Source: Candidatus Nanopusillus sp.
GTDB lineage: Archaea; Nanobdellota; Nanobdellia; Nanobdellales; Nanobdellaceae
Length of the DNA: 26,058 bases
Assembly: GCA_046536775.1 (NCBI GenBank)
Contig: JAWDMD010000004.1
Coordinates: forward strand, 1-26,058
Direction: 5' to 3'
Position 1 is the stretch's first letter. Each line of letters opens with the position of its first letter. Positions 15,642 through 25,011 of this stretch are shown in pieces. The translations under genes and the position numbers were made by a program. A model generated the notes under the pieces. That model ran no database searches and was not told the origin of the DNA. It worked only from the letters and a program-made list of their open reading frames with translations.

Positions 15642-17440
15642 AACTTGTAATTCAACTTAAGCCTAGGCCAAATTCCAAGAGAGATTAATTCATTTAATAA
15701 TAAATAGAAAGCATAAGAAATCTTAACTTTTGATATTTTTTCAGTTTCACCACAAACAGGACAATAAACTCTATTTCTTATATTATCTTCAACAGCAAGA
15801 GAACCACATTTTTCACAAACATAAACTGTTGTATCATCAGAAGAATACATTTCTCTTAATAACATAGGTGCACCATAAGCAGCAAGAACCTCATGTTCCA
15901 TTTCACTAAATTTCAAACCACCTTTCTTTGATTTACCTTCTGTAGGTTGTCTTGTTAATAATGTAACAGGACCTGTTGCTCTCGCCTGTAATTTATTCTT
16001 TGCCATATGTTTTAATCTTAAATAATATACACTTCCAATAAATATTTTAACTTTAAATTCATCTCCAGTTAAAGGATTATATAATGTTTCTGTTCCATCT
16101 TCTCTAAATCCTAAAGATAATAATTCTTTCCTTAATTCTTCTTCACTTTCTCCATACCAAGGAGTTCCATCAATATATCTCCCATTCAAACTTCCAATCT
16201 TTCCAGAAAGTAATTCTAATAATAAACCAACAGTTTCTCTTGAAGGAATTCCAGCAGGAGAGAATATTATATCTGGAACAAGACCTGAAGACGACCATGG
16301 CATATCTGATGGATCAACAAGCATTCCCAAAACACCTTTCTGTCCATGTCTTACAGAAAATTTATCTCCAAGTTCTGGGATCCTTAAATCTCTTAATTTT
16401 ATCCTAACTAATAAATTTCCATCATCAGATTCTGTTAATATAACCCTATCTACCCATCCTTCCTCCCCACTACCAGTAGTTAATGAAGAATCTTTCTTTC
16501 TTAAACCTGTTGTAATAGATTCAGAAGTTAAACCAATAAATCTTGGAGGTGATATTCTACCAACAAGAACCTCTTCAGGTTTTACAAATGATTCAACAGA
16601 AACAATTCCATCTTCTTCTAAACCTTTATATTTATCCTTTCCTCTATATAATTCTACAGAAGGATCTGGAATTGTAATTTCATCTTGTAATCCTCCAGAA
16701 TATCTTAGTCTATCTATTTCATAAGATCTGAAATATACAGATCTAAATAAACCCCTATCTACCGAACCTTTATTCATGATAATTGCATCTTCAATATTAT
16801 ATCCTTCCTGTGTCATTACAGCAACAATTACATTTTCTCCTATCGCATAATCGTCTTTAAATATATCAAAAGAAAATGTTCTAGTAATTGGATATTGCGG
16901 ATAGTATAAAATGGATATATCAGTATCAAATCTATTATGGAAGTTTAATGAATATATAGCATGAGACTGCCTTTGTGGCCTAACACCTCTATTTAATCTT
17001 GCAGATTGATTTCTATTTGAAAATGGAACTAGAGATGTAGCTATACCAAATATTACCAAAGAAGATAATTCTAAATGAGTTGTATTTTCTTTTATATCTT
17101 CTGGATATAATGCAACACTCAAATTTTCTTCTTCAGCAGGATCAACCCATTCAATTATACCTTCTTTTTCCAAATCAGACCATTTTATCTCTCCTCTCTT
17201 TAATTTTTCAATATGTTCTTTTGTTAATAATGGTTTACCATCTTTTACAACAATCAAAGGTCTTAAAATCCTTCCTTTTCTTGTTAATATTTCTATAACA
17301 TTTTTCGTTTCATCAAAATATATATTTACAAAATATGGAATAATACCTTTTCTTCTCTTTTCCTTAAATTCTTCAATAAATTTATTAGCATCATCAACAT
17401 ATCCAACAAAAACACTATCTATATAAACCTCATATGCCAT
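15638..17440 (-). CDS. rpoB1: DNA-directed RNA polymerase subunit B' (C-terminal part of split RpoB)
   Basis: 600 aa. Contains GDKFSVRHGQKGV, GLKFSEMEHEVLAAYGA and the C-terminal Zn ribbon CEKCGS...CPVCG. Confidence 0.95.
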   Translation of the reverse strand: MAYEVYIDSVFVGYVDDANKFIEEFKEKRRKGIIPYFVNIYFDETKNVIEILTRKGRILRPLIVVKDGKPLLTKEHIEKLKRGEIKWSDLEKEGIIEWVDPAEEENLSVALYPEDIKENTTHLELSSLVIFGIATSLVPFSNRNQSARLNRGVRPQRQSHAIYSLNFHNRFDTDISILYYPQYPITRTFSFDIFKDDYAIGENVIVAVMTQEGYNIEDAIIMNKGSVDRGLFRSVYFRSYEIDRLRYSGGLQDEITIPDPSVELYRGKDKYKGLEEDGIVSVESFVKPEEVLVGRISPPRFIGLTSESITTGLRKKDSSLTTGSGEEGWVDRVILTESDDGNLLVRIKLRDLRIPELGDKFSVRHGQKGVLGMLVDPSDMPWSSSGLVPDIIFSPAGIPSRETVGLLLELLSGKIGSLNGRYIDGTPWYGESEEELRKELLSLGFREDGTETLYNPLTGDEFKVKIFIGSVYYLRLKHMAKNKLQARATGPVTLLTRQPTEGKSKKGGLKFSEMEHEVLAAYGAPMLLREMYSSDDTTVYVCEKCGSLAVEDNIRNRVYCPVCGETEKISKVKISYAFYLLLNELISLGIWPRLKLNYKF

Positions 17441-18962
17441 TTTTATTTTTTATATCTGAAATATTTTTAACTATTGGCCTCAATCCTATATCCTCTAACT
17501 TCCTAATTAATTCTTTTTTATCAAGATCCTCAAAACTTATTTTTGACAATATTGTTTTATTTTTTCTTAATCCAGTTTCATGACCTTCAGGTGTTTCTAT
17601 TAAATCCAATCTACCCCAATGAGTACCATGAGCCATTCTTGCTTCTAATAATTCAGCTTCACCAGATATTGAAGAAACAACTCTTGTTAAATTAGATAAG
17701 ACAGCAATTTTATTTGTTCTATCTAGAGCTTGTGAAATTCCGGTTCTATTCCTTGTCCATTTTCCAATAGCCATTACATTTTCAAATCTTTCAGAAAATA
17801 TTTTTGATCTAAATATGGATGTATATGAAGGCATTTTTCCCCTTTTTACCAACCTTTCATATTGATACATTGCATCTGTCATCAATGTTCTTAAAGTAAC
17901 TAAGAAATATTCCCTTATCAATTCTCCAGGTGTTCTAACTATTTTATTTGCAAAGTGATCTTTTATATCTTCATCAATTTTTTCATGAGCTAATAATAAT
18001 AACTTTCTTGTCATCTTCAATAAATTGTATGCTTTTAATAATCTATCATTTGGTGATGTCCCAACATTTGGTAATAATAAATTATCTAATATTGACAATA
18101 ATTTTTCTTTTTTAACTTCTGGAGATCCTGTTAATTTTAATTTATCAGCTAAATATCCTATTGCATCTTCAGAAGTTTTTATATTTTGGAATTCCAATAA
18201 ATTTATATATACTTCTTCAAAATCGTCTCCTTCAGAAATTAATTGACTTATTTCAACATCCTTCTCCAAACCCAGAGCTCTTACCAAAGGTATTAACGGA
18301 ACCTTTTTATATTTCTCAAATGATAGGTATAATAAACCATCTTTTGTCATCTCCATTCTATGAGCCTTTAATTGGGTTAAAGATTCTGATAATAAATACC
18401 CACTATATTTTATGGAACCGGATCCTTCTTGAACATAAAACTTATTTGTAGCAAGTTCCTCAGATAATATAATTAATTTTTCATTTCCATTAATAATAAA
18501 ATACCCACCACTATCTGTCGGATCTTCTCCAATTCTTATTAATTCCTCTTCAGATAGTCCATAAGTATTGCAATATTTTGATCTAACCATTATTGGCAAT
18601 CTACCAACAGATACTTGATATTTACTCTTAAATGTTTCATTTTCATATACAGAAAATTCCATAAATATTGTTCCAGCATATGTAAGTCTTCTAATTCTAG
18701 CTTCTATTGGATATATTAATCTAGAAACTCCTTCCTTTTCCATAAAATCTGCCTTCCCCAACCACAATTTTTCTATTCTAAATTGCAAATCCCTTAATCC
18801 TGGAGCTAATAATCTTGGAGAAAATGCGCCCAATTCTCTTCCAATCTTTGTCATTTCTACATCAACAAAATATTCAAAAGATCTGAGGTGTACTCCTAAT
18901 AGATCGTTTTCCTCCAAATATTTATAGAATAAGATATAATTATCTATATTATTATTAGCCAC
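17430..18962 (-). CDS. rpoB2: DNA-directed RNA polymerase subunit B'' (N-terminal part of split RpoB)
   Basis: 510 aa. Contains typical Rpb2 N-terminal blocks (GGYFIINGNEKLI, RMAHGTHWGRLDLIETPEG). The start codon is GTG at 18962..18960, and an in-frame stop lies 2 codons upstream. Confidence 0.93.
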   Translation of the reverse strand: MANNNIDNYILFYKYLEENDLLGVHLRSFEYFVDVEMTKIGRELGAFSPRLLAPGLRDLQFRIEKLWLGKADFMEKEGVSRLIYPIEARIRRLTYAGTIFMEFSVYENETFKSKYQVSVGRLPIMVRSKYCNTYGLSEEELIRIGEDPTDSGGYFIINGNEKLIILSEELATNKFYVQEGSGSIKYSGYLLSESLTQLKAHRMEMTKDGLLYLSFEKYKKVPLIPLVRALGLEKDVEISQLISEGDDFEEVYINLLEFQNIKTSEDAIGYLADKLKLTGSPEVKKEKLLSILDNLLLPNVGTSPNDRLLKAYNLLKMTRKLLLLAHEKIDEDIKDHFANKIVRTPGELIREYFLVTLRTLMTDAMYQYERLVKRGKMPSYTSIFRSKIFSERFENVMAIGKWTRNRTGISQALDRTNKIAVLSNLTRVVSSISGEAELLEARMAHGTHWGRLDLIETPEGHETGLRKNKTILSKISFEDLDKKELIRKLEDIGLRPIVKNISDIKNKNGI

Positions 18963-18994
18963 TTTTTATTTATATATATGATATCCTTATAAGC

Positions 18995-19309
18995 TTAATC
19001 CTCAACAACAACTCTATAATATACTTCTTCCCCAATCCATGGATTATTTCTTATAATCTTGATAATATCCCCTGGCTTAGCATTTAGATTCTTTAATGCT
19101 GGATCTGAAATTTTGATTTTTGGTAAATCTAATAAAGATATTTTATACTTTCCCAATATTTCCTTCTTTTCTTCTTCTGATAATATTACATGTTTTGGTA
19201 CCAAATAATGTTTTGTTATATCAATTTCTGATAATTCTCTTAAACTTTTTTTAGGTTTATTAACCTTAGAAGTTTTTTTAGATTTGGGCCTTTTAGTAGA
19301 TTTAACCAT
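18995..19309 (-). CDS. rpoH: DNA-directed RNA polymerase subunit H (Rpb5 homologue) with Lys-rich N-terminal extension
   Basis: 104 aa. The C-terminal 70 aa, [69 protein letters not shown], match the RpoH pattern. It sits at the head of the rpoH-B-A string. Confidence 0.85.
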   Translation of the reverse strand: MVKSTKRPKSKKTSKVNKPKKSLRELSEIDITKHYLVPKHVILSEEEKKEILGKYKISLLDLPKIKISDPALKNLNAKPGDIIKIIRNNPWIGEEVYYRVVVED

Positions 19310-19359
19310 TTATCTAATTTTTATAAAAAACTTATAACTTTACCTCCTAGATATTAGGA

Positions 19360-20220
19360 ATGGGCAAAGTGGCTATATTCACAAAGACCAACATACAAGA
19401 TTATAGAGTAGTAAAGTTAAAAGAAGAAATAAAAAATTATAATAACATTAGCATTATTGACATAGAAAAGGAAAATATGCTTCCATATAATGAAAAAATA
19501 TTAAACTATGATACATATTATTTTTTCATTGGATCCACTTTTTTATCTGATATACACCTACTAGCAAAATATCTTGAACAAAATGGAAAAGAAGTAATAA
19601 ATACCATACATATTAAAGAATCTGTAATATCAAAAACTCTATTTTATAGTATTATTAATAAATATATAAAAATTCCAGAATTTTTGAAAATATATTCAAT
19701 AGATAACATCGAATATGTAATAAATAAAATAGGATTTCCAATGGTAATAAAGCATCAGTTTGTACATAGGGGAGAATTTGTACATAAAATAGATAATGAA
19801 AAAGAACTATATGCTTTTTTAGAAAAATATTTATTAGATAAAAGGATAAACATAAAACATTTAATATTTCAAAAATATATACCATATGAGAAAGATATAA
19901 GGGTGATTTTCGTAGGAAAGCCCATTGGTGCGATGGAGAGAATTAATGAAAATAGTTTTAAGGCAAATATTAGCCAGGGTGGATATGGAAAACAATATAA
20001 TTTGGATGAAGAAATAATAAATATTGGATATAAAATTATGGAAAAATGTGACTTACAAATATTTGCATTCGATCTATTATTAAAAAATGATCAATATTAT
20101 TTGATAGACTTACATCATATATTTCAATATGAAGGATTTGATAAATATTTAAATAAAAATATTACGAGAGAAATACTAAATTACTTAAATGAAATTAGTA
20201 ATAAAAGCCAAGGGAAATAA
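19360..20220 (+). CDS. ATP-grasp ligase, RimK-like family
   Basis: 286 aa. Contains GFPMVIKHQFVHRGEFVHKI (ATP-grasp central domain), IFQKYIPYEKDIRVIFVGKPIGAMERI and ANISQGGYG. These are typical of RimK/LysX/MptN-type alpha-L-glutamate ligases. The substrate cannot be inferred. Confidence 0.7.
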   Translation: MGKVAIFTKTNIQDYRVVKLKEEIKNYNNISIIDIEKENMLPYNEKILNYDTYYFFIGSTFLSDIHLLAKYLEQNGKEVINTIHIKESVISKTLFYSIINKYIKIPEFLKIYSIDNIEYVINKIGFPMVIKHQFVHRGEFVHKIDNEKELYAFLEKYLLDKRINIKHLIFQKYIPYEKDIRVIFVGKPIGAMERINENSFKANISQGGYGKQYNLDEEIINIGYKIMEKCDLQIFAFDLLLKNDQYYLIDLHHIFQYEGFDKYLNKNITREILNYLNEISNKSQGK

Positions 20221-20596
20221 ATTAATAAAAGCAACACATAAAAGTACTTTAGAAATTACTAAAGATAGTTTTTTAACTGAAAGGGGGGATTGTATAATTG
20301 GTATAAGTTCAAATTATTCTGTAAAAGATTTACCAGAAGATCTTAAAGATCATTTATTAAACGAAGGAAAAATAAAGATTACAATTAAAGTTGATGATTT
20401 AATAGACGATATAATTGCATATGGCTCAAAAAGATTATTGTTAACAAATGATAAAAGTATTGTTATAAGAAAAAGCAATTATATTGATGATAGAACTTTG
20501 GCAATAAACTCAAATAAGAGTGCTATTGATATTGATAGAAAATTAATAGAAAGATTAAAGAATAAAAAAAATATGGATTTTGTTATATATTACTAA
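20189..20596 (+). CDS. DUF371-like protein
   Basis: 135 aa. IKATHKSTLEITKDSFLTERGDCIIGISSN matches my recollection of the DUF371 signature (ATH-x-[ST]-T-x-E-[IV]-TK...LT-x-x-GDCI-[IV]-G). The start overlaps the ATP-grasp gene by 32 nt. Confidence 0.55.
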   Translation: MKLVIKAKGNKLIKATHKSTLEITKDSFLTERGDCIIGISSNYSVKDLPEDLKDHLLNEGKIKITIKVDDLIDDIIAYGSKRLLLTNDKSIVIRKSNYIDDRTLAINSNKSAIDIDRKLIERLKNKKNMDFVIYY

Positions 20597-20633
20597 AAAA
20601 TATTTATAAAGAATAAAGTATTTATCCTTAATT

Positions 20634-21395
20634 ATGAAAAGAAGAGGTATAGATATGGCTGTACAGTTAATATTTGTAATAATAATAATGTTAGTAGTAG
20701 CAGTTATTGTAATCAAGTTATTCCAGCAACAATCATCAAAGATTAGCGAAATATCAAATACACAAATACAACAAGCAGTTTCTGATTGCTCAAGCTATTG
20801 TACAGATCTATCTACATTTTGTACAAAGTACGAAAATATAGGAAATGGACTTGTACAAACAAGTCCTGGATATTATGTCTGTTTAAATGCTGTTCCATGC
20901 AGTATAGTATTACAATTATATGGTGGCTCTTCTAGTCAATGTCAAAATCAAGGATTTTCCATATCACCTCTTGATTGCATGTATTTAGAATGTCAAAATT
21001 ATATTGACAATTTATATTATAGTCCATTACAAGCAACAAGTTATATATTTGGAAATTATTCTTCTACTACATATTTTAATGTAACATCTGGACAAGAAAA
21101 TATCCAAATTTCAGCTCCATCCTCAATATTAAATCCAGGTCCATCACAATGTTCTGCACAATTACCAACATGGATTACAAACCAAGTATTTGGTGCATTA
21201 TTAGATATAGCTAACTACTATAATACTGCAGATGGATGTAACTTGAATTTAACAGTTAGTAATGGAATATTAATGGTGACTGGAAATTGTACATCATTAG
21301 GTATAAATAATAATGTTAATGGAATGCCATTGTGCCAATTCTTAATGCAAGTACCATATTCTCAGTTAAATAATATACCAAGCGTAACAAGCTAA
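20634..21395 (+). CDS. cysteine-rich secreted / pilin-like protein (12 Cys)
   Basis: 253 aa. The N-terminus MKRRGIDMAVQLIFVIIIMLVVAVIVIKLF is a basic stretch, then Gly, then a 22-residue hydrophobic helix (class III signal-peptide look). There are 12 Cys and several N-x-S/T sequons. The box TATTTATAAA lies about 28 nt upstream. Confidence 0.5.
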   Translation: MKRRGIDMAVQLIFVIIIMLVVAVIVIKLFQQQSSKISEISNTQIQQAVSDCSSYCTDLSTFCTKYENIGNGLVQTSPGYYVCLNAVPCSIVLQLYGGSSSQCQNQGFSISPLDCMYLECQNYIDNLYYSPLQATSYIFGNYSSTTYFNVTSGQENIQISAPSSILNPGPSQCSAQLPTWITNQVFGALLDIANYYNTADGCNLNLTVSNGILMVTGNCTSLGINNNVNGMPLCQFLMQVPYSQLNNIPSVTS

Positions 21396-21400
21396 ATGTA

Positions 21401-23371
21401 ATGAGTTTTTTTGAGTATTTTTATAACAACTTTAATTTAATAAAATTAAAAGCTCCTAGTTCTATATATAAAAAGTATGCTTTTCATTTATGGTTAAATA
21501 GATTAAATACAAATCCAGATAATATATTTTCTTCTGTAATAAATCTAGCATTATTTTCCATAATTATATATTTTATTTTAAGTTTTGTCAGTTTTCAATT
21601 AGCTTTTTCTTTATTAATATCTTTATTAATATTATCTTTCTATTTTGCATATTATCCAATATTTTATACACAAATTGTTAGAATTCAAGTAACATCCGAA
21701 ATTATATGGATAATACTATATTTATCACTATATCTAAAAAGAAATCCTAATTTAGAAAACGGAATAAAATATGTAGCTTATTATATGAAAGGTTATATTG
21801 CAACAGACTTTAAATCATTATTATATAATTTAGAAACAAATAAATTTAATGATATAGAATCTGCATTGGAATATTATCAGAGAAGATGGTTTTATCTAAG
21901 TCCAGATTTTGTATATGCAATGACACATATTGTAAATATTAAATATAAAACATCTATTGATGATATAAATAAATTATTAGATAGAATATTGGGGTGGGTA
22001 TTGAAAAAATCCTTAGAAAAATCCCAATTATATGTAGATGCTTTAAAAGAACCAGCAACAGTTATCGTATCTTTCTTAGTAATGTTACCAATAGTTAGTT
22101 TAATGATGTTACCAATAGTATCTTTATTCTTATTAAATACCGTAAGTTTCTATTTTATAGCATTTTCATATATAATAATTTTACCAGTTGTTACATTTCT
22201 AATAATTCAAAACTTTCTATCAAAAAATCCATTTGCATTCTCTGTTCCAGATTTATCCTTAGCAAGAGATCTACCAAAACCTGGAAAATTTAAAGTAGGA
22301 AATAAGGAAGTTCCAGCAATAATAATCTCAATAATATTGGGATCAATTGCATTTTTAGGAATATATCATTTAATTTCCTTAGCTATAAAAATTGCACTTA
22401 TTCCACAGGGATTTTTGAGTGATTATTTAAATATAGTTTATCAAGATAGAGCATTAATATATTCTGTTTTAACTCTAACATTACCTTTAGGATTGGGTTT
22501 GGGTATAGGATCTTATTACTATTTAACATCTTTCCAAAAAGTTAAAAAAATATATCAAATTGAAGAAATAGAAAATGAGTTTCCAATTGTTGTATATGAG
22601 TTTGCATCATTATTAGAAGATGGTTATCCATTTGAAATAGTAATTGAAAAAACATATTATAATTATAAAATAATAAAATCCTCTGGGGTTATGGAAAATT
22701 TTCTGAAAACAACACTATATAACTTGAGAAGAGGTTATGATTTAAATTTTTCTGTATTTGATCCAAAAATTGGCTCTTTAAATCTATATCCATCAAAATT
22801 AGTGAGAGAATCAATGCAACTCTTAGTTACTTCTTCTTCAAAAGGTCCTGATGTTTTATCAAAGATTTCATATAATATATCAACAAATTTAGAAAATGTA
22901 GATAATATAAGATATAATGTAAGGAAGATATTAAATGAAATAATTGGATTAATAGATATGACATCAAGAAATTTAGTACCATTAATTTCTGCAATGGTTA
23001 CAATTTTTAATAACGGTATAGTTTCAATGCTTTTTGCACTTGCATATTTCTTTCAATTAATAGACCAATCTTTTGGTTTAGGTGGTGGATCAAATCTATA
23101 TAATTTTATTGTAAATACCTTTAATCTATATAACCTAATACCACCAACATTTTTTGAAGCAATAATTGGTATATTTTTTATAGAATATGTGGTAATAACT
23201 TCATATATGAGTGCTGGAATAAAATATGGTTTTGATAGTACAATGACATCATATTATATAGGTAGAAATTTGTTGTTTGGAACGATATTTTATGTAATAT
23301 TTTCAATAATAGGAATATTAGTTATATATACAGTATTTGGCCCATACTTACCGACAAGTATACAATTATGA
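21401..23371 (+). CDS. polytopic membrane protein, FlaJ/TadC/PilC-like type IV filament platform (putative)
   Basis: 656 aa with many TM segments and two repeated soluble helical blocks (about residues 93-225 and 385-525). Their pattern, e.g. IENEFPIVVYEFASLLEDGYPFEIVIEKTY...LRRGYDLNFSV...LVRESMQLLVTSSSKGPDVLSKIS, resembles the duplicated T2SS-F domain. Pilin-like genes flank it. Confidence 0.55.
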   Translation: MSFFEYFYNNFNLIKLKAPSSIYKKYAFHLWLNRLNTNPDNIFSSVINLALFSIIIYFILSFVSFQLAFSLLISLLILSFYFAYYPIFYTQIVRIQVTSEIIWIILYLSLYLKRNPNLENGIKYVAYYMKGYIATDFKSLLYNLETNKFNDIESALEYYQRRWFYLSPDFVYAMTHIVNIKYKTSIDDINKLLDRILGWVLKKSLEKSQLYVDALKEPATVIVSFLVMLPIVSLMMLPIVSLFLLNTVSFYFIAFSYIIILPVVTFLIIQNFLSKNPFAFSVPDLSLARDLPKPGKFKVGNKEVPAIIISIILGSIAFLGIYHLISLAIKIALIPQGFLSDYLNIVYQDRALIYSVLTLTLPLGLGLGIGSYYYLTSFQKVKKIYQIEEIENEFPIVVYEFASLLEDGYPFEIVIEKTYYNYKIIKSSGVMENFLKTTLYNLRRGYDLNFSVFDPKIGSLNLYPSKLVRESMQLLVTSSSKGPDVLSKISYNISTNLENVDNIRYNVRKILNEIIGLIDMTSRNLVPLISAMVTIFNNGIVSMLFALAYFFQLIDQSFGLGGGSNLYNFIVNTFNLYNLIPPTFFEAIIGIFFIEYVVITSYMSAGIKYGFDSTMTSYYIGRNLLFGTIFYVIFSIIGILVIYTVFGPYLPTSIQL

Positions 23372-23652
23372 GATTACAACAAACAATATATTGGATTATA
23401 ATAACCTTTATATTAATTATAGTTGCTGGCTTATTCTCTTTTTATTATATTTATAATGTAAAAAATAATTTAAGTGGAAATAGTATACAAACCATTAATT
23501 GTCAACAACTTGGAAATTTATATAATAGAAGTTTTCAGGAAATAATCAATATTAAAGTATTTCTTAATGAAAATTGTACAATAAATGGAATAACGATACC
23601 TGCAGGCTATAGAATTATATATATTTATAACGGAAGTATTAATTATATATGA
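23368..23652 (+). CDS. small N-terminally anchored pilin-like protein (2 Cys)
   Basis: 94 aa: MRLQQTIYWIIITFILIIVAGLFSFYYIY..., then ...INCQQLGNLY...NENCT. The start overlaps the platform gene stop (ATGA). Confidence 0.45.
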   Translation: MRLQQTIYWIIITFILIIVAGLFSFYYIYNVKNNLSGNSIQTINCQQLGNLYNRSFQEIINIKVFLNENCTINGITIPAGYRIIYIYNGSINYI

Positions 23653-24128
23653 AGAACGACATAGCAATAGATACTGTATTTATAATAATAATAGCAATAA
23701 TATCTGTCGTAGTTGTATTAGATATTATTTTTACAAAATTCTTTGGCAATTCTCAAGTATATTATTGTCAAACATTAATATCACAAGGTGGTTTTTCTCC
23801 TTCATGTGAAAAATATTATCCTTCTGCAATAAATGTTATATATACAAATGAAAGTAATGATACTATTTATTCAGATACAACAGGATTAATATTAAATTGC
23901 TACAATAATAATGTAAACACAAATAGATTATTTAATGTATGTTATGATGTTTATATAAATGAGAATATTACTCTGAATTCATCAATATTACTTCAATATA
24001 TACAAAATTATACTGAATTTAATCCAAATAATATCATATTCAATTTGAATAATAGCAATGGAAATATATATCCATACAATAGTATATTTATAATATACAA
24101 CAATAGTTATATTTTAATATGGCAATAA
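23649..24128 (+). CDS. small N-terminally anchored pilin-like protein (4 Cys)
   Basis: 159 aa. MKNDIAIDTVFIIIIAIISVVVVLDIIF resembles the archaeal class III signal pattern K-G-Q-I-S-L-E-F-hydrophobic. This is followed by YYCQTLISQGGFSPSCEKYY. ATGA overlap with the upstream gene. Confidence 0.45.
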   Translation: MKNDIAIDTVFIIIIAIISVVVVLDIIFTKFFGNSQVYYCQTLISQGGFSPSCEKYYPSAINVIYTNESNDTIYSDTTGLILNCYNNNVNTNRLFNVCYDVYINENITLNSSILLQYIQNYTEFNPNNIIFNLNNSNGNIYPYNSIFIIYNNSYILIWQ

Positions 24129-24532
24129 AGTCTCAAGAACTTCCAATTAATTATACCTTTTTAATAATTATTGGAATAGTTGTTACATTAGTAATTGTGG
24201 GCATAATATTTTTATTAAAAGGAAATATAACTTCTTATATTGATAATACAATACCCAAATATAATAATACGCAGACTGTAGTAGAAACAAATATAAGTTC
24301 AATACAAGATGTTGCGATGGATGTAGTATCATGTTATTATAAAAAAGCCCAGGGTCTTTGTTATTTAATTAACTATCAGGGAAATCCATTTACATGTCAG
24401 GATTTAATAAATAATGTAAGCAGTATAGATCCAAATGTAGTAATGCAGAATTGTAATTATAATATAAATACTGGAGATTATATACTAGTATATTCGGCAG
24501 TAAATTATGTTTATATTAGTATTCAAGGGTAA
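24119..24532 (+). CDS. small N-terminally anchored pilin-like protein (4 Cys)
   Basis: 137 aa: MAIKSQELPINYTFLIIIGIVVTLVIVGIIFLL, then SCYYKKAQGLCY...FTCQDL...QNCNY. 10-nt overlap with the upstream gene. Confidence 0.45.
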   Translation: MAIKSQELPINYTFLIIIGIVVTLVIVGIIFLLKGNITSYIDNTIPKYNNTQTVVETNISSIQDVAMDVVSCYYKKAQGLCYLINYQGNPFTCQDLINNVSSIDPNVVMQNCNYNINTGDYILVYSAVNYVYISIQG

Positions 24533-24534
24533 AA

Positions 24535-24975
24535 ATGGATAATTGGTTTTGGATAATTGTAACAATTATTGCTTTTGGTTTATCTTTATATTTATATTTT
24601 AAATTTGCGAGTATAAATAGTCAAACCCAATCATTATATCAAGATATATCTTCATGTCAAAATTTATATACAACAGTTGAAAAAGTATGCTATTCTAACA
24701 ATGGAACAGAATTCTATATTAACATTGAAATAAACAATTATTTAAATTATATTTATGGTAATAATAGTTTATTAAGTTGTTATATATATGACAAATATTA
24801 TAATTATACAATACCATGCAATGTAATAATAAATACAACAAATAATACGATTGAATATTATACTTCCGGATTATTTTACGAATTATCGCGTGGAAAATCA
24901 AATGAACAAATCCCACTACTTGTTGAAAAGACATCTCCAACACAAGTAACAATTTATATAGAAAATCCAAGTTAA
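24535..24975 (+). CDS. small N-terminally anchored pilin-like protein (4 Cys)
   Basis: 146 aa: MDNWFWIIVTIIAFGLSLYLYF, then ISSCQNLYTTVEKVCYS...LLSCYIY...IPCNVI. 2-nt gap from the upstream gene. Confidence 0.45.
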   Translation: MDNWFWIIVTIIAFGLSLYLYFKFASINSQTQSLYQDISSCQNLYTTVEKVCYSNNGTEFYINIEINNYLNYIYGNNSLLSCYIYDKYYNYTIPCNVIINTTNNTIEYYTSGLFYELSRGKSNEQIPLLVEKTSPTQVTIYIENPS

Positions 24976-25011
24976 AAAACTTTAAAACTTTTTTAATATT
25001 ATTAATCCATA

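Noticed and set aside
11118-19885. Antisense ORFs 11118-11636, 12408-12701, 13480-13749, 15362-15619, 17080-17298, 18025-18246, 18161-18451 and 19655-19885
   Set aside because: All lie opposite S12, RNA polymerase subunits or the ATP-grasp gene. They have no motifs and shadow-frame composition.
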